Shown in pieces: positions 33,602-43,677 of a stretch of DNA of 64,000 nt. The notes beneath the pieces were generated by a model that worked only from the letters and a program-made list of their open reading frames with translations, was not told the origin of the DNA and did not search any database. The position numbers and the translations under genes are program-made. Source of the stretch: an uncultured delta proteobacterium (lineage in GTDB: Bacteria > Desulfobacterota > Binatia > Bin18); assembly GCA_963733195.1 (NCBI GenBank), contig CAVTCR010000050.1:32001-96000 (forward strand), given 5' to 3'. Within the stretch, counting starts at the first letter, position 1. Every line of letters begins with the position of its first letter.

Positions 33602-34081
33602 ATGAGGAGATGGACGATGAAGATGCGTCACGCAGCAAAAGCGAAAACCGCCGCGACTCCACCTGTCGATCAGTCCGTGCCAACGATGCAGGTTGCCGCC
33701 GTCGTCAAAGATGGACGCGTACAAGCTGAAGCTTTCGCTAGGCAGCCACGTAAACTTAGAATCCTACTCGATAATGCGATAGAAAAGGCCAAACAAGCTG
33801 ACAAAGGGGCATTTAAAGGTCTCTGGCCGTATCTCTTGGCCATGCTGCGTTTGGTTCGAGTCTTCTGTAGTGGAAAATATAAGAAGATCCCCTGGGAAAG
33901 CCTGATCTCGATCATCATCGCCATTGCCTACTTTGCGTCACCGTTAGATTTGATCCCGGACTTTCTTCCCGGGATCGGCTATCTTGATGATGCGATGATC
34001 GTGCGCTTTGTCTACCGTTCAGTGAGGACCGAACTTAATCGCTTCATGGAATGGGAAAGCGGCATTGAGCACTCCCTCTAG
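33602..34081 (+). CDS. YkvA / DUF1232-family membrane protein
   Basis: YFASPLDLIPDFLPGIGYLDD motif. Confidence 0.9.
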   Translation: MRRWTMKMRHAAKAKTAATPPVDQSVPTMQVAAVVKDGRVQAEAFARQPRKLRILLDNAIEKAKQADKGAFKGLWPYLLAMLRLVRVFCSGKYKKIPWESLISIIIAIAYFASPLDLIPDFLPGIGYLDDAMIVRFVYRSVRTELNRFMEWESGIEHSL

Positions 34082-34220
34082 CTGAAGAATATCTCTGTAG
34101 GCAATAAGGAACATACGACGGAAGAGCAGGCGTTCAGCATCCGTCTTATATCAGTAACAGACTCGGTAGAGCGACACGGCAGCGTTTCTATAGCTGTAGG
34201 CGGGCATAGCGCTGAAGGGA

Positions 34221-34438
34221 ATCTGACCGTGTGTTTGCCGAAAAAAGAGAGCAGGTCGATGATTTTACTTTTGACCGAGAGACGGCTAGAAGGTAGAACA
34301 TTGAGAGAAGCTAAGATATAGGAGCATAGGCGGAAGATTAGCCGAAGCGAGGAGAGGAGCAGTATGGGATCTGACCGCTTGTTTGCTGAAAAAAGAGAGC
34401 AGGTCGATGATTTTACTTTTGACCGAGAGACGGCCAGA
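34221..34438 (+). repeat. 70-bp direct repeat: intergenic copy (34221-34290) of the cmoA 5' coding sequence (34369-34438)
   Basis: 66/70 identical with a 47-nt exact core (gaaaaaagagagcaggtcgatgattttacttttgaccgagagacggc). Confidence 0.92.
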
Positions 34439-35086
34439 GTGTTCGACGATATGTTGAGCCGCTCGGTACCTTTCTACGCCGAGATCCAGCGAATGATCGC
34501 CGAAATCGCCTCTGATTTTGCTGTGGATAGCACGAATATCTATGATCTGGGGTGTTCACTGTGCACAACCTTCCTTAACCTCCAACAACTGGACAAGCAG
34601 GTGACCTTCATCGGCCTCGATGCCTCTCCAGATATGCTTGCACAGGCCGAGCAAAACCTCGCTGAACGCAATTTTTCACGCCCTTACCAACTTCTCTGTC
34701 AAAATCTTGAGCTGCCTTTCTCGCTGAATAACGCTTCAGTGGTGATTGTAAGCCTGATATTACAGTTTCTGCGTCCGTTGCGTCGTGAGCCCTTTATCCG
34801 CACGATCATCGACGGACTCAATGACAATGGCTGCTTGATCTTAATTGAAAAAGTCATCAACCCCGATAATCTGTTAAATCGTCTGTTTATCAAGTACTAC
34901 TATGAGTACAAAAAACGCAACGGCTATTCGGAGCTCGAAATTGCGCAAAAACGCGAAGCCTTAGAAAACGTCTTGATTCCCTACCGCCTTGAGGAAAACA
35001 TCGAACTCCTGCGACGGACGGGGTTCCGCAGCGTCGAAACTTTCTTTCGCTGGTACAACTTCTGCGGGATCGTGGCGATCAAATAA
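34364..35086 (+). CDS. cmoA: Carboxy-S-adenosyl-L-methionine synthase CmoA
   Basis: DFTFD...VFDDMLSRSVPFY, YDLGCS, LQFL, NGYSELEIAQKREALENV and WYNF are CmoA signatures. Confidence 0.88.
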   Translation: MGSDRLFAEKREQVDDFTFDRETARVFDDMLSRSVPFYAEIQRMIAEIASDFAVDSTNIYDLGCSLCTTFLNLQQLDKQVTFIGLDASPDMLAQAEQNLAERNFSRPYQLLCQNLELPFSLNNASVVIVSLILQFLRPLRREPFIRTIIDGLNDNGCLILIEKVINPDNLLNRLFIKYYYEYKKRNGYSELEIAQKREALENVLIPYRLEENIELLRRTGFRSVETFFRWYNFCGIVAIK

Positions 35087-35886
35087 TGAACACTGCCCCT
35101 TGGTCTTCTACTGATTCCTCAGCCTCACGACCGCCACAAACGACCATGCGTCGTTCACCGTGGCTCACGCGGCCTGGACATTTCTTCTTCGGCTATCGCG
35201 ATTATCTCATTCCGTTCACTTTTCTGGTCCTTAGCGTTACCACTGTTCCAGAGTTTCCTTTCGGGAGCGAGCGACTTGATCGTTGGCTCGACATAGGGGG
35301 GCTTCTGATTGCCGGCATTGGACAAGTGCTCAGGATCTGTGTCATCGGTTTTGCCTATATCAAACGCGGTGGACGCAATAAGCAGATCGCTGCGGATACG
35401 TTAGTACGCGAGGGGTTTTTCGCCCATTCACGGAATCCACTCTATCTGGGCAATTTCCTGATCATTTTGGGGTTGATCCTCATCGCCAACAATCGCTGGT
35501 GGTATTTCCTGGCGTTGCCTGGCTTCATCCTCATTTACACTGCGATCATTGCAGCAGAAGAAGATTTTCTGGCGAAGAGATTCGGCCAGGACTATGAAGA
35601 GTACTGCCGACAAGTGAACCGTCTTATCCCTAGTTTTACTGGCCTGCGGCAATCACTTGCACCATTTACATTTGCGTGGAAGCGAGTCATTCAAAAAGAG
35701 TACGGTAGTACGTTTACTTGGACATCGACGGCCCTCTTTCTGCTTATTTGGGAACGCTGGCAGCGGTTCGGCTATGCGGCGCAGAGCGCGCAGATCCACA
35801 CGTTGTTGTGGGGGTTCCCAATTTTAGGCGCTTTATACATTGTTGCACGGTGGATGAAAAAAACCGGACGGCTGGGTGGGTTGTAA
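35086..35886 (+). CDS. ICMT/PEMT-family membrane methyltransferase (LmtA-like)
   Basis: GFFAHSRNPLYLGN, EEDFLAKRFGQDYEEYC..VNR.IP; start overlaps the cmoA stop (TAATG). Confidence 0.85.
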   Translation: MNTAPWSSTDSSASRPPQTTMRRSPWLTRPGHFFFGYRDYLIPFTFLVLSVTTVPEFPFGSERLDRWLDIGGLLIAGIGQVLRICVIGFAYIKRGGRNKQIAADTLVREGFFAHSRNPLYLGNFLIILGLILIANNRWWYFLALPGFILIYTAIIAAEEDFLAKRFGQDYEEYCRQVNRLIPSFTGLRQSLAPFTFAWKRVIQKEYGSTFTWTSTALFLLIWERWQRFGYAAQSAQIHTLLWGFPILGALYIVARWMKKTGRLGGL

Positions 35887-37658
35887 ACCGCTCAGCCGCC
35901 CTACTCATACACTCCCGTCCCTTTCTGGTTGGGGTTGGTCTCGCGGCTCTTTGTGTGATCCTCTACGTTTGGGGACTCGGGGATGCCCCGTTCTACTCCA
36001 AAGGCGAACCGCGCGAAGCCACGGTGGTATGGGAAATCTATACGTCAGGAGAATGGATTCTCCCATTGCGCAATGGTCATATCACTCCCTCCAAGCCACC
36101 GTTGTTTCATTGGCTGGGTGCCCTGTTTTCTCTCGCCGGCGGAGGCATTTCAGAACTGACGGTTCGTCTGCCTTCAGCGCTATTAGCAACGACGGGAGTC
36201 CTCCTCACTTACGCAGTCGGCACCGCGTTATGGGGAGCTGAAGCGGGACTTGTCGCCGGGATAATTCTTGCAACGAGTTTCGAGTGGGCGCGGGCGGCCG
36301 TGTCGGCGCGGGTTGATATGACCCTCACAGTTTGTATGGTAGCCGCATTCTTGCTCTTCTTTGCTGTTTATCAACGCTTCCAGGTCTCTCGTTGGCAAGC
36401 GCTATTATTGTTCGCTTTGCTCGGATTGGCCACTCTTGCGAAAGGACCCGTCGGCGCGCTTCTCCCTGCCCTTACCGTTGGTATTTTTCTTATGCTCCAG
36501 GGGGATCTCGGATTCTTGCGGCAATTTCACCTCGTTCAAGGAAGTTTGGTTTTCGTGCTGATCGCCGGGTCCTGGTATGGTCTGGCGTTGTGGCAGGGTG
36601 GATATGACTTCTTCGCGAAGCAGGTCCTGAAGGAAAATCTCCTGCGTTTCTTTACCCCTGGTACCGCCGGAGCAGGACACGCGCACGGTTTTTCCTATCT
36701 CGTCTCCACCTTCGTCCTAGGTATGGCGCCGTGGAGCTTTTTCTTACCGCCAGTCATTGTGTTTCTGTATCAGTCTCGCTCGCAATGGCGCGAGAAGAGG
36801 CTCTTGTATTTCATCGTTTGGAGTCTCACCGTGTTCGGGTTCTATGCACTTTCCAGCAGCAAGCGGCCAGTCTATTTGTTGCCGCTCTATCCTGCGGTCG
36901 CGCTGCTTCTCGCTGTGTGGTGGCAAGAACTGCAAAAAGGAACGGTGACGCTTGCACGACCGTTCTCCTGGCTGGTGCGTGGGAGTGGCTATCTCAGCGT
37001 TGTCTTTGTCAGTGCTGTGATTCTCCTGGTCCTTGCTCAGCTCCTCGGGCATGATCCCCTCGTGTTGATTCGGCCGCTACTGACCTCTAAGCAACAACGA
37101 GAGATCCCTCCCTTATCCGTCATCGTCGCGGGTCATCGTCTCGCTTTTTGGCTATGGGTTACTGCGGCTACCTTTTCCACTTTTCTCCTCGCCAAAAGTC
37201 TCAAACAACAGCGTTGGAGTCAGGTCTTCACTGCGCTCGCGCTCTTCACGTGCAGCACGTTTCTCCTGGTGAACCAGACGCTCCGACGAGATGTGGCCAA
37301 AGGTCGCTCGTTACAATCGTTCATGACCCGGATCACGACACAGATTGGTCCGGTTCCGCTGTTTTTTTACCAAACCTTTGACAGCGGGGCATTATTCTAC
37401 GCCAATCGGCATATCCCGTTTTACGAAGGTTTTTCGTCTCCCCCAGAAGGACCATGTTACCTTTTGCTGTGGGAAGAAAAGTGGACCACACTTGCAGCGA
37501 AGGCTATCTCCGGTATCCGGGTAATCGACACGAGCGAAGGAACTGGCCCTAAAGGTAAACAACGCCTCGTGCTCGTGTTCGTTCCCGCTGGAACGACGAT
37601 TGCGTCAGAGGCCCCGCCACCCGTCAAAGACGAGGCGGATGTGGAAGACGCGCCATAA
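35880..37658 (+). CDS. ArnT/PMT-family (GT-C fold) membrane glycosyltransferase
   Basis: GEPREA, WILPLRNG, SKPPLFHWL, RLPSA, LAKGPVG, KRPVYLLPLYP. Start codon not clearly identifiable. Confidence 0.85.
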   Translation, partial: VVNRSAALLIHSRPFLVGVGLAALCVILYVWGLGDAPFYSKGEPREATVVWEIYTSGEWILPLRNGHITPSKPPLFHWLGALFSLAGGGISELTVRLPSALLATTGVLLTYAVGTALWGAEAGLVAGIILATSFEWARAAVSARVDMTLTVCMVAAFLLFFAVYQRFQVSRWQALLLFALLGLATLAKGPVGALLPALTVGIFLMLQGDLGFLRQFHLVQGSLVFVLIAGSWYGLALWQGGYDFFAKQVLKENLLRFFTPGTAGAGHAHGFSYLVSTFVLGMAPWSFFLPPVIVFLYQSRSQWREKRLLYFIVWSLTVFGFYALSSSKRPVYLLPLYPAVALLLAVWWQELQKGTVTLARPFSWLVRGSGYLSVVFVSAVILLVLAQLLGHDPLVLIRPLLTSKQQREIPPLSVIVAGHRLAFWLWVTAATFSTFLLAKSLKQQRWSQVFTALALFTCSTFLLVNQTLRRDVAKGRSLQSFMTRITTQIGPVPLFFYQTFDSGALFYANRHIPFYEGFSSPPEGPCYLLLWEEKWTTLAAKAISGIRVIDTSEGTGPKGKQRLVLVFVPAGTTIASEAPPPVKDEADVEDAP

Positions 37659-38229
37659 AAGAGCTAACGCACCGTGCGGAGCAATGACTCTGAGATTACG
37701 CAGCCTGGGTAAACTCCTGCAGGGCCGAAAGATTTTAAGGTTTCCTCGCCCCATGAACTGTAGGAGTTCACAGGAAGTTATCTGGGCGATCATCCCGCCT
37801 TTTTCTTCCCGCTCTGCCTTCGTGCTGCAAATTGCGCCATGCCTCTTCCCTCCTCGTGCGCGATACCAGGGGATGCCGCCAGACCTGTTGGCTCTCTTCC
37901 TGCTCGCTGGTGCCCCGAGGGCAATAACCCTTGCCGCTGCCATGTATATCGGCTTGCCGCGCCCGGAGACTAGCTTCACCTTGGTGGTAACGTTGCTCCT
38001 GGCCTATGTGTTGCTGAGCCTGGCGCCGTTGGTGTTGCTGCCGCACCGCCTGTTCTCTTGATCGTGGTATCCAAGTAATGCTAGCGAGAAAAAGCAAATC
38101 CGTAACATATTAGATGATCAGACTTGTATACGATGTACTTCCAGCCGAACATTACCAGGACACTACTACCCGATTTTTTGCCCGAACTGACGTTATTCAA
38201 GGCGACTTGGACATTTGGTGAGAGAGAAA

Positions 38230-39024
38230 CTATTTAACTAGCCCCTCAGGCATTCCAGTCGGAAACACATTCTTCAACTCCGCCTTAATTCGCCCGGCTC
38301 GATTGCCGGGATTGGGATGGGTACTGAAGAACTCTGGTTGTCTACCGCCTCCGGCTGATTTCTCAAGAACTTCCATTACACCAAGCAACGCACGCGGATC
38401 ATAGCCTGCTGACGCCATCCAGCGTAAGCCGAGACTATCCGATTCGAGCTCATCCTGTCGTCCGTATTTCATACCGATAAGATTCGCCACCAGCTGGGCC
38501 ATGTGTGCCCCCTGCATACTCGGGTCAGCGGCCATCACCGCAGCGCCAGTCAGCCCTTGTGTGAGTTTCTGTTTCGCTATGTGCTCGGCTGAATGACGAG
38601 CGACGACATGACCAATCTCGTGCCCCAGCACTCCAGCAAGTTCGCCTGGCGTACGTAATAGCTGTAGCAACGCTTCGGTAATGAAAATCTGTCCACCGGG
38701 TAATGCAAACGCATTGATCGTTCGCGTGTCGGCAAGTAGATGGAAATCGAACTTATAGGGCGATTTACTTGCCGGTGAGCGTTCAACAATTTGCTGGCCG
38801 ATTTTCTTCACTAACGCAGATGCTTGCTGGTTCTTCGATAAACCACCGAACTGTGCGGCCATTCGTGGTGCAGAATGCAATCCCAGCGCCGTCTCTTCTT
38901 CTATCGACATACTAATGCGCTGTTTTTCTCCAGTGACAGGATTGATACTCGACGAACTGTAGTAGGAAATAAGCGAAATAATAGCGAAGACGAGCCCAAT
39001 TAACAGACGAACCTTGATACTCAT
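38230..39024 (-). CDS. M48-family zinc metallopeptidase
   Basis: NAFALPGG, HEIGH, ELESD, FSTHP motifs. Confidence 0.92.
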   Translation of the reverse strand: MSIKVRLLIGLVFAIISLISYYSSSSINPVTGEKQRISMSIEEETALGLHSAPRMAAQFGGLSKNQQASALVKKIGQQIVERSPASKSPYKFDFHLLADTRTINAFALPGGQIFITEALLQLLRTPGELAGVLGHEIGHVVARHSAEHIAKQKLTQGLTGAAVMAADPSMQGAHMAQLVANLIGMKYGRQDELESDSLGLRWMASAGYDPRALLGVMEVLEKSAGGGRQPEFFSTHPNPGNRAGRIKAELKNVFPTGMPEGLVK

Positions 39025-39070
39025 CTCTACTCCTGACAAAGAACGAAAGCGTTACCCTCCCAACCGATTG

Positions 39071-39967
39071 TTACTCCACATGTTTCCACGCGTGGTACGA
39101 ACTTCGCACTAAAGGTCCCGCCTCGACATGGCGAAAACCCAACGCTAGAGCTTCGGTTCTCAACGTCACAAACTCATCGGGATGCACATATCTTTCAACC
39201 GGCAACTGCTCTGGCGAGGGACGCAAATACTGTCCGAGCGTGAGGATATCGCAGTCGACTGCACGCAAGTCACCAAATACGTGCAACAACTCTTCGTACG
39301 TCTCGCCGAGGCCTAGCATCAATCCCGTCTTAGTCTTGATGTCAGACCGTGTTTCCTTAACCTTCTGTAGCACACGCAGAGAACGCTCATATTTGGCACC
39401 AGGACGGACGCGTTTGTACAGGCGCGGGACGGTTTCCGTGTTGTGGTTATAAATCTCTATCGGTGACTGGGTGACCGTCGCCACTGCGGCTTCATTCCCT
39501 TGAAAGTCTGGAGTCAACACTTCAATCGTGCATTGGGGATTCAGGAGTTTCAGTTCTCGTGCAGTGGCAGCAAAGTGTTCTGCGCCGCCATCAGGAAGAT
39601 CATCGCGATTCACCGAGGTCACCACGATATGAGAAAGTCCCATTTTCAAAGCCGCCTCGGCAACGCGGTGTGGCTCTTCGGGATCAAGCGTTGCCACGCG
39701 ACCATGAGACACAGCACAAAATCGGCAGTTACGCGTACAGACATCACCCATCAGCATAAAGGTTGCGGTACCATGCCCCCAACATTCACCGATGTTAGGA
39801 CACTGCGCTTCTTGACACACCGTATTGAGCTTGAACGCGGACACGATCGCTTTCGTCTTCGTGTACACCGGTCCACTCGGCATCCGCACTTTGATCCAGT
39901 CGGGGTGTCGGCGAGCAATCGGCTCACGTCGCTCGCTCAGTTCAGGAGTGACTACATGTTCTGCCAT
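39071..39967 (-). CDS. lipA: Lipoyl synthase
   Basis: CQEAQCPNIGEC, CTRNCRFC, RSSY motifs. Confidence 0.97.
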   Translation of the reverse strand: MAEHVVTPELSERREPIARRHPDWIKVRMPSGPVYTKTKAIVSAFKLNTVCQEAQCPNIGECWGHGTATFMLMGDVCTRNCRFCAVSHGRVATLDPEEPHRVAEAALKMGLSHIVVTSVNRDDLPDGGAEHFAATARELKLLNPQCTIEVLTPDFQGNEAAVATVTQSPIEIYNHNTETVPRLYKRVRPGAKYERSLRVLQKVKETRSDIKTKTGLMLGLGETYEELLHVFGDLRAVDCDILTLGQYLRPSPEQLPVERYVHPDEFVTLRTEALALGFRHVEAGPLVRSSYHAWKHVE

Positions 39968-40590
39968 ACGATCTCCTTGTACCCGAAATAACGGGCAAAA
40001 GCGTCCACCACAAGAGGCTTTATAGTCTCAACGGTAACTGGTTGGCCAAGAACTGCCGTCAGCGAAGTCATCCTTACCCCCATAAGGCCGCACGGAACAA
40101 TATTCGCGAAGTAGCTCAGATCAGTAGCCACGTTCAAGGCGAACCCGTGATACGTGACCCAGTGCCGCACTCCAATGCCAATCGAGGCAATTTTCTCTTC
40201 TCCGACCCACACTCCAGTGAGCCCTTTCTGACAATGGGCACGTACCTGGTGATGGGCTAAGACCTCAACCAACACGGCTTCGATTCCACGCAGATATGCA
40301 TGAACATTGCGCCCAAGCGCACCCAAGTGCAGAATCGGATAGCCAACGAGTTGGCCGGGACCATGGTAGGTTACGTCGCCTCCACGTCCGACACGGTGAA
40401 TCGGCACCTCATGCGGCGTAAGCAGATTATTTTCATTGCCGCCGCGTCCAAGCGTAAACACTGCCGGATGCTCAAGCAGGAGAAGCGTGTCTTGGCATTC
40501 ACCACGATAGCGTTGCATCAGTAAGTCTTCTTGGAGCTGAAGCGCATGCGAATATTCGACGAGGCCAAGGTCGCGGCAAAAGAGAATCAT
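39952..40590 (-). CDS. lipB: Lipoyl(octanoyl) transferase
   Basis: EHPAVFTLG, RGGDVTYHGPGQLVGYP, KIASIG, PCG motifs. Confidence 0.95.
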   Translation of the reverse strand: MILFCRDLGLVEYSHALQLQEDLLMQRYRGECQDTLLLLEHPAVFTLGRGGNENNLLTPHEVPIHRVGRGGDVTYHGPGQLVGYPILHLGALGRNVHAYLRGIEAVLVEVLAHHQVRAHCQKGLTGVWVGEEKIASIGIGVRHWVTYHGFALNVATDLSYFANIVPCGLMGVRMTSLTAVLGQPVTVETIKPLVVDAFARYFGYKEIVWQNM

Positions 40591-40594
40591 TGCA

Positions 40595-40710
40595 GTAAAG
40601 AGTAAAGAGTTAAAAGTTAAGAGTGAAGAATTAAGAAGGCGAGAATGAAAACGGAGAGGGCTTGAATTTTTTCATTCTTCACTATTCACTCTAATTCTTA
40701 ATTTCATTCA
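40595..40710. repeat. Inverted heptamer-repeat hairpin (AGTTAAG-like / TTCACTC-like)
   Basis: gtaaaga gtaaaga gttaaaa gttaaga gtgaaga attaaga ... ttcattc ttcacta ttcactc taattc ttaatt. Confidence 0.75.
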
Positions 40711-40730
40711 GCCTCAATCTAACCGCAACC

Positions 40731-42152
40731 CTAAAAATTGATCCCTCTCCCCTCTGCACTGAGCGCTGCTTCCAGAATGGCTTCTGATAGCGTCGGATGC
40801 GCATGTACCGTGTTGCTAAGTTCCGCGGTCGTGGCTTCCAATGTCCGAGCTAAGCCAATCTCAGCAATGAGGTCAGTCGCTCCGTGTCCGATGATATGGC
40901 AACCCAAGACCTCCCCATATTGTTTATCGACAACGAGCTTTACAAAGCCTTCGTCATGGCCTTTGGCAATCGCCTTTCCTGAAGCCATAAACGGAAACTT
41001 GCCAATCGATACTTCATAGCCTTTCGCTTTGGCTTGTTCCTCAGTGAGGCCGATCACCGCGATTTCTGGCTGACAGTATACACAAGCAGGAATCTTGAGA
41101 TGATCAATCCCTTTCTCGCGCTTGCCCGCCATATGCTCAACGGCGGCAATACCTTCTTCCGAGGCCGCATGTGCGAGCAAGGGGGGGCCATTCACATCAC
41201 CAATCGCGTACACCGTATCACAGGCAGTCTGCATAAATTCATTCACTTTTATAAAGCCACGATCCAACTCGACACCAAGCGCTTCCAATCCGAGATCTAC
41301 GCTGAGTGGAACTCGTCCGACCGCAACTAACACTTTGTTCGCCGTGCGAGTCTTAATATCACCACTATTGTTGAGTGCGACCTCCACCCGCCCAGGGAAT
41401 TTTTCGATCCCGTGGTATTTCGTCCCGGTCAAAATTTCGATCCCTTGCTTCTTGAATGCCTTTTCTAGTTCTTGTGCAACTTCAGTATCGACACCAGGCA
41501 AGAGTTGTTTCTCCATTTCCACCATCGTCACGCGACTCCCGAACGCACTGTAGATGTAGGCAAATTCACAACCGATAGCACCACCGCCGACAATGAGAAT
41601 ATCTTTCGGTAACTCAGTATCGACCAAAGCTTCATAACTCGTGAGGATCTGTTTACCGTCTATCTCTAGACCTGGTAGAGTTCGTTCTTTTGAGCCGGTC
41701 GCAATAAGGATATGAGCGGCTTCAAGCTGGTGTGCCGCTTTCCCAGGCATCTCCACCACCACACGGTTCTTATTTTCTATACGACCAGTGCCGATAATCA
41801 GTTGCACCTTATTCTTACGGAGCAAAAACTCTACACCCTTGGCGAGTCGATCTGCTACTTCACGCGAGCGTTTGATAACCTGCGGATAATCAACAGACAA
41901 GCCATGAGCCTTAATGCCGTAGCGTTCTCCCTCTTTGAGATCTTCATACAGTTCAGCTGAGGTAAGAATCGCTTTTGAGGGAATACATCCCCAATTGAGA
42001 CACACTCCACCAGCTCGGTCTTTCTCGACAACGACGGTTTTCAAGCCTAGCTGCGCGGCACGAATTGCCGCTACATAACCACCTGGCCCTGCCCCTATCA
42101 CGACTAGATCGTATCGGTCAGTTTTGTCTCCGTGTAACATCTTGCCGTTCAT
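40731..42152 (-). CDS. lpdA: Dihydrolipoyl dehydrogenase (E3)
   Basis: GAGPGGY, GGVCLNWGCIPSK, GGGAIG, HAHPTLSE motifs. Confidence 0.96.
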   Translation of the reverse strand: MNGKMLHGDKTDRYDLVVIGAGPGGYVAAIRAAQLGLKTVVVEKDRAGGVCLNWGCIPSKAILTSAELYEDLKEGERYGIKAHGLSVDYPQVIKRSREVADRLAKGVEFLLRKNKVQLIIGTGRIENKNRVVVEMPGKAAHQLEAAHILIATGSKERTLPGLEIDGKQILTSYEALVDTELPKDILIVGGGAIGCEFAYIYSAFGSRVTMVEMEKQLLPGVDTEVAQELEKAFKKQGIEILTGTKYHGIEKFPGRVEVALNNSGDIKTRTANKVLVAVGRVPLSVDLGLEALGVELDRGFIKVNEFMQTACDTVYAIGDVNGPPLLAHAASEEGIAAVEHMAGKREKGIDHLKIPACVYCQPEIAVIGLTEEQAKAKGYEVSIGKFPFMASGKAIAKGHDEGFVKLVVDKQYGEVLGCHIIGHGATDLIAEIGLARTLEATTAELSNTVHAHPTLSEAILEAALSAEGRGINF

Positions 42153-42198
42153 GCCATCTCCTCACATCTTTGCCTTCGCATCAGCTCTCAGGTCGAAC

Positions 42199-43558
42199 TT
42201 ACACCATCAAGCCCACTGGGTTTTCCAGTAATTTCTTCAATTCTGTCAAGAATTGCCCACTCGTCACGCCATCGAGAATGCGATGATCACTCGATAACGT
42301 CACCATCATCGTATGTGCAATTGCCAGTTGTCCACTACGGACGACGGGTCGTTCCTTAATCGCGCCAACCGCTAAGATTGCACCTTGTGGCTGGTTGATA
42401 ATGGCCGTGAAGTGCTCAATCGGCAGCATCCCCATATTCGAGATAGTAAACGTCCCACCGGAAAGATCTTCGCCTGTCGGCTTCCCAGCACGAGCCCGTT
42501 CCACGAGTGCATTCGCTTGAGCAGCAATGTCTAACAACGAGAGCCTGTTACAGTTATGCAGCACCGGAACGATCAGTCCATCATCGAGTGAAACCGCAAT
42601 GCCAATGTTGATCTCCGCTTTAAGCTCTCGGCTGTCTTCAGCATAAGAAGCATTGAGGCGTGGATGACGTTCAAGAGCAACAGCAACAGCCTTGATGAGA
42701 AAATGCGTGTAGGTGACATCTGCCGCCACTCGATCACTAGCCTTCAACGCCGCCCGCAATCGGACAGCTTCAGACATGTCGATCTCGCACGTCACATAAA
42801 AATGCGGAACTTCGCGCATACTATCAACCATACGCTTCGCGATAGTCGCTCGCATACGCGAGAACGGTTCCTTCCCAACTGATTGCACCGGCGTAGCAGT
42901 CGTTGTTGATACCGGTGCCACTGGAGCCGTTTGCGTGTTCGTCCGCGGCATTGTAGCTGGAGACTTGGCCAGATGGGCCTCAATATCCTGCTTGATAATT
43001 CGACCACTAGGTCCACTGCCCTCAATCTGCCGGAGGTCAATACGGTGCTCCTCAGCCATGCGCTTCACCAACGGAGAAGCGACAATGCGCTCGCCATCGC
43101 CGGCCGCCTCTTGTGAGTCGCGTCGTGGACGGGATTCACGCAATTCGCGGACTTTCCGCTCAGAAGCTGCAAGAGGGTTGCGATGCTGGAGCTTGCGGGG
43201 CTGACAACTCAACCGCGGGTTTTGCTTCGTCCTGAATTTCTTTCCGAACAGGAGGAGGCACAGTCACCACCGGTTTCTCCGTCGATTCTTTACGCGGAAT
43301 CACCGGCGCAACACCAGTGCCATCTTCACTCAGAACGGCAATAACTGCACCAACTGGAGCAGCCTCTCCTTCCTGCACCCGAAGCTCTGCCAAAACCCCA
43401 GCATCAAGAGCTTCCATTTCCATGTCAGCCTTGTCAGTTTCGACTTCAGCGATGATGTCGCCAATTTCTATTTTGTCACCAACTTTCTTGAGCCACTTGA
43501 GGATTTTCCCTTCCTCCATCGTGTCACTCAACTTTGGCATGACGATTTCAATAGCCAT
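42199..43558 (-). CDS. pdhC: Dihydrolipoamide acyltransferase (2-oxoacid dehydrogenase E2), one frameshift near 43200
   Basis: Lipoyl domain ETDKA, E3-binding ASPLVKR...GSGPSGRI, FTISN, DHRILDG. Confidence 0.85.
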
Positions 43559-43677
43559 TCCCGCGTCCTCCCACAGGTCAGTATATCGGGCTTACCGCAG
43601 CACTTGAAACCCCATCTATTGGATTTGCGAGATAGGGATTAGGATTTGAAAGAAATAGAGAAAAGAGAGAAACGGCC

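Noticed and set aside
34221-34438. Direct repeat as a CRISPR array or a DGR template/variable repeat pair
   Set aside because: Only two 70-bp copies, no cas or reverse transcriptase gene, and the + strand mismatches are not at adenines.
38095-38128. Possible dif site (TAACATA core)
   Set aside because: Only a partial XerD-arm match; the XerC arm and spacing do not fit.
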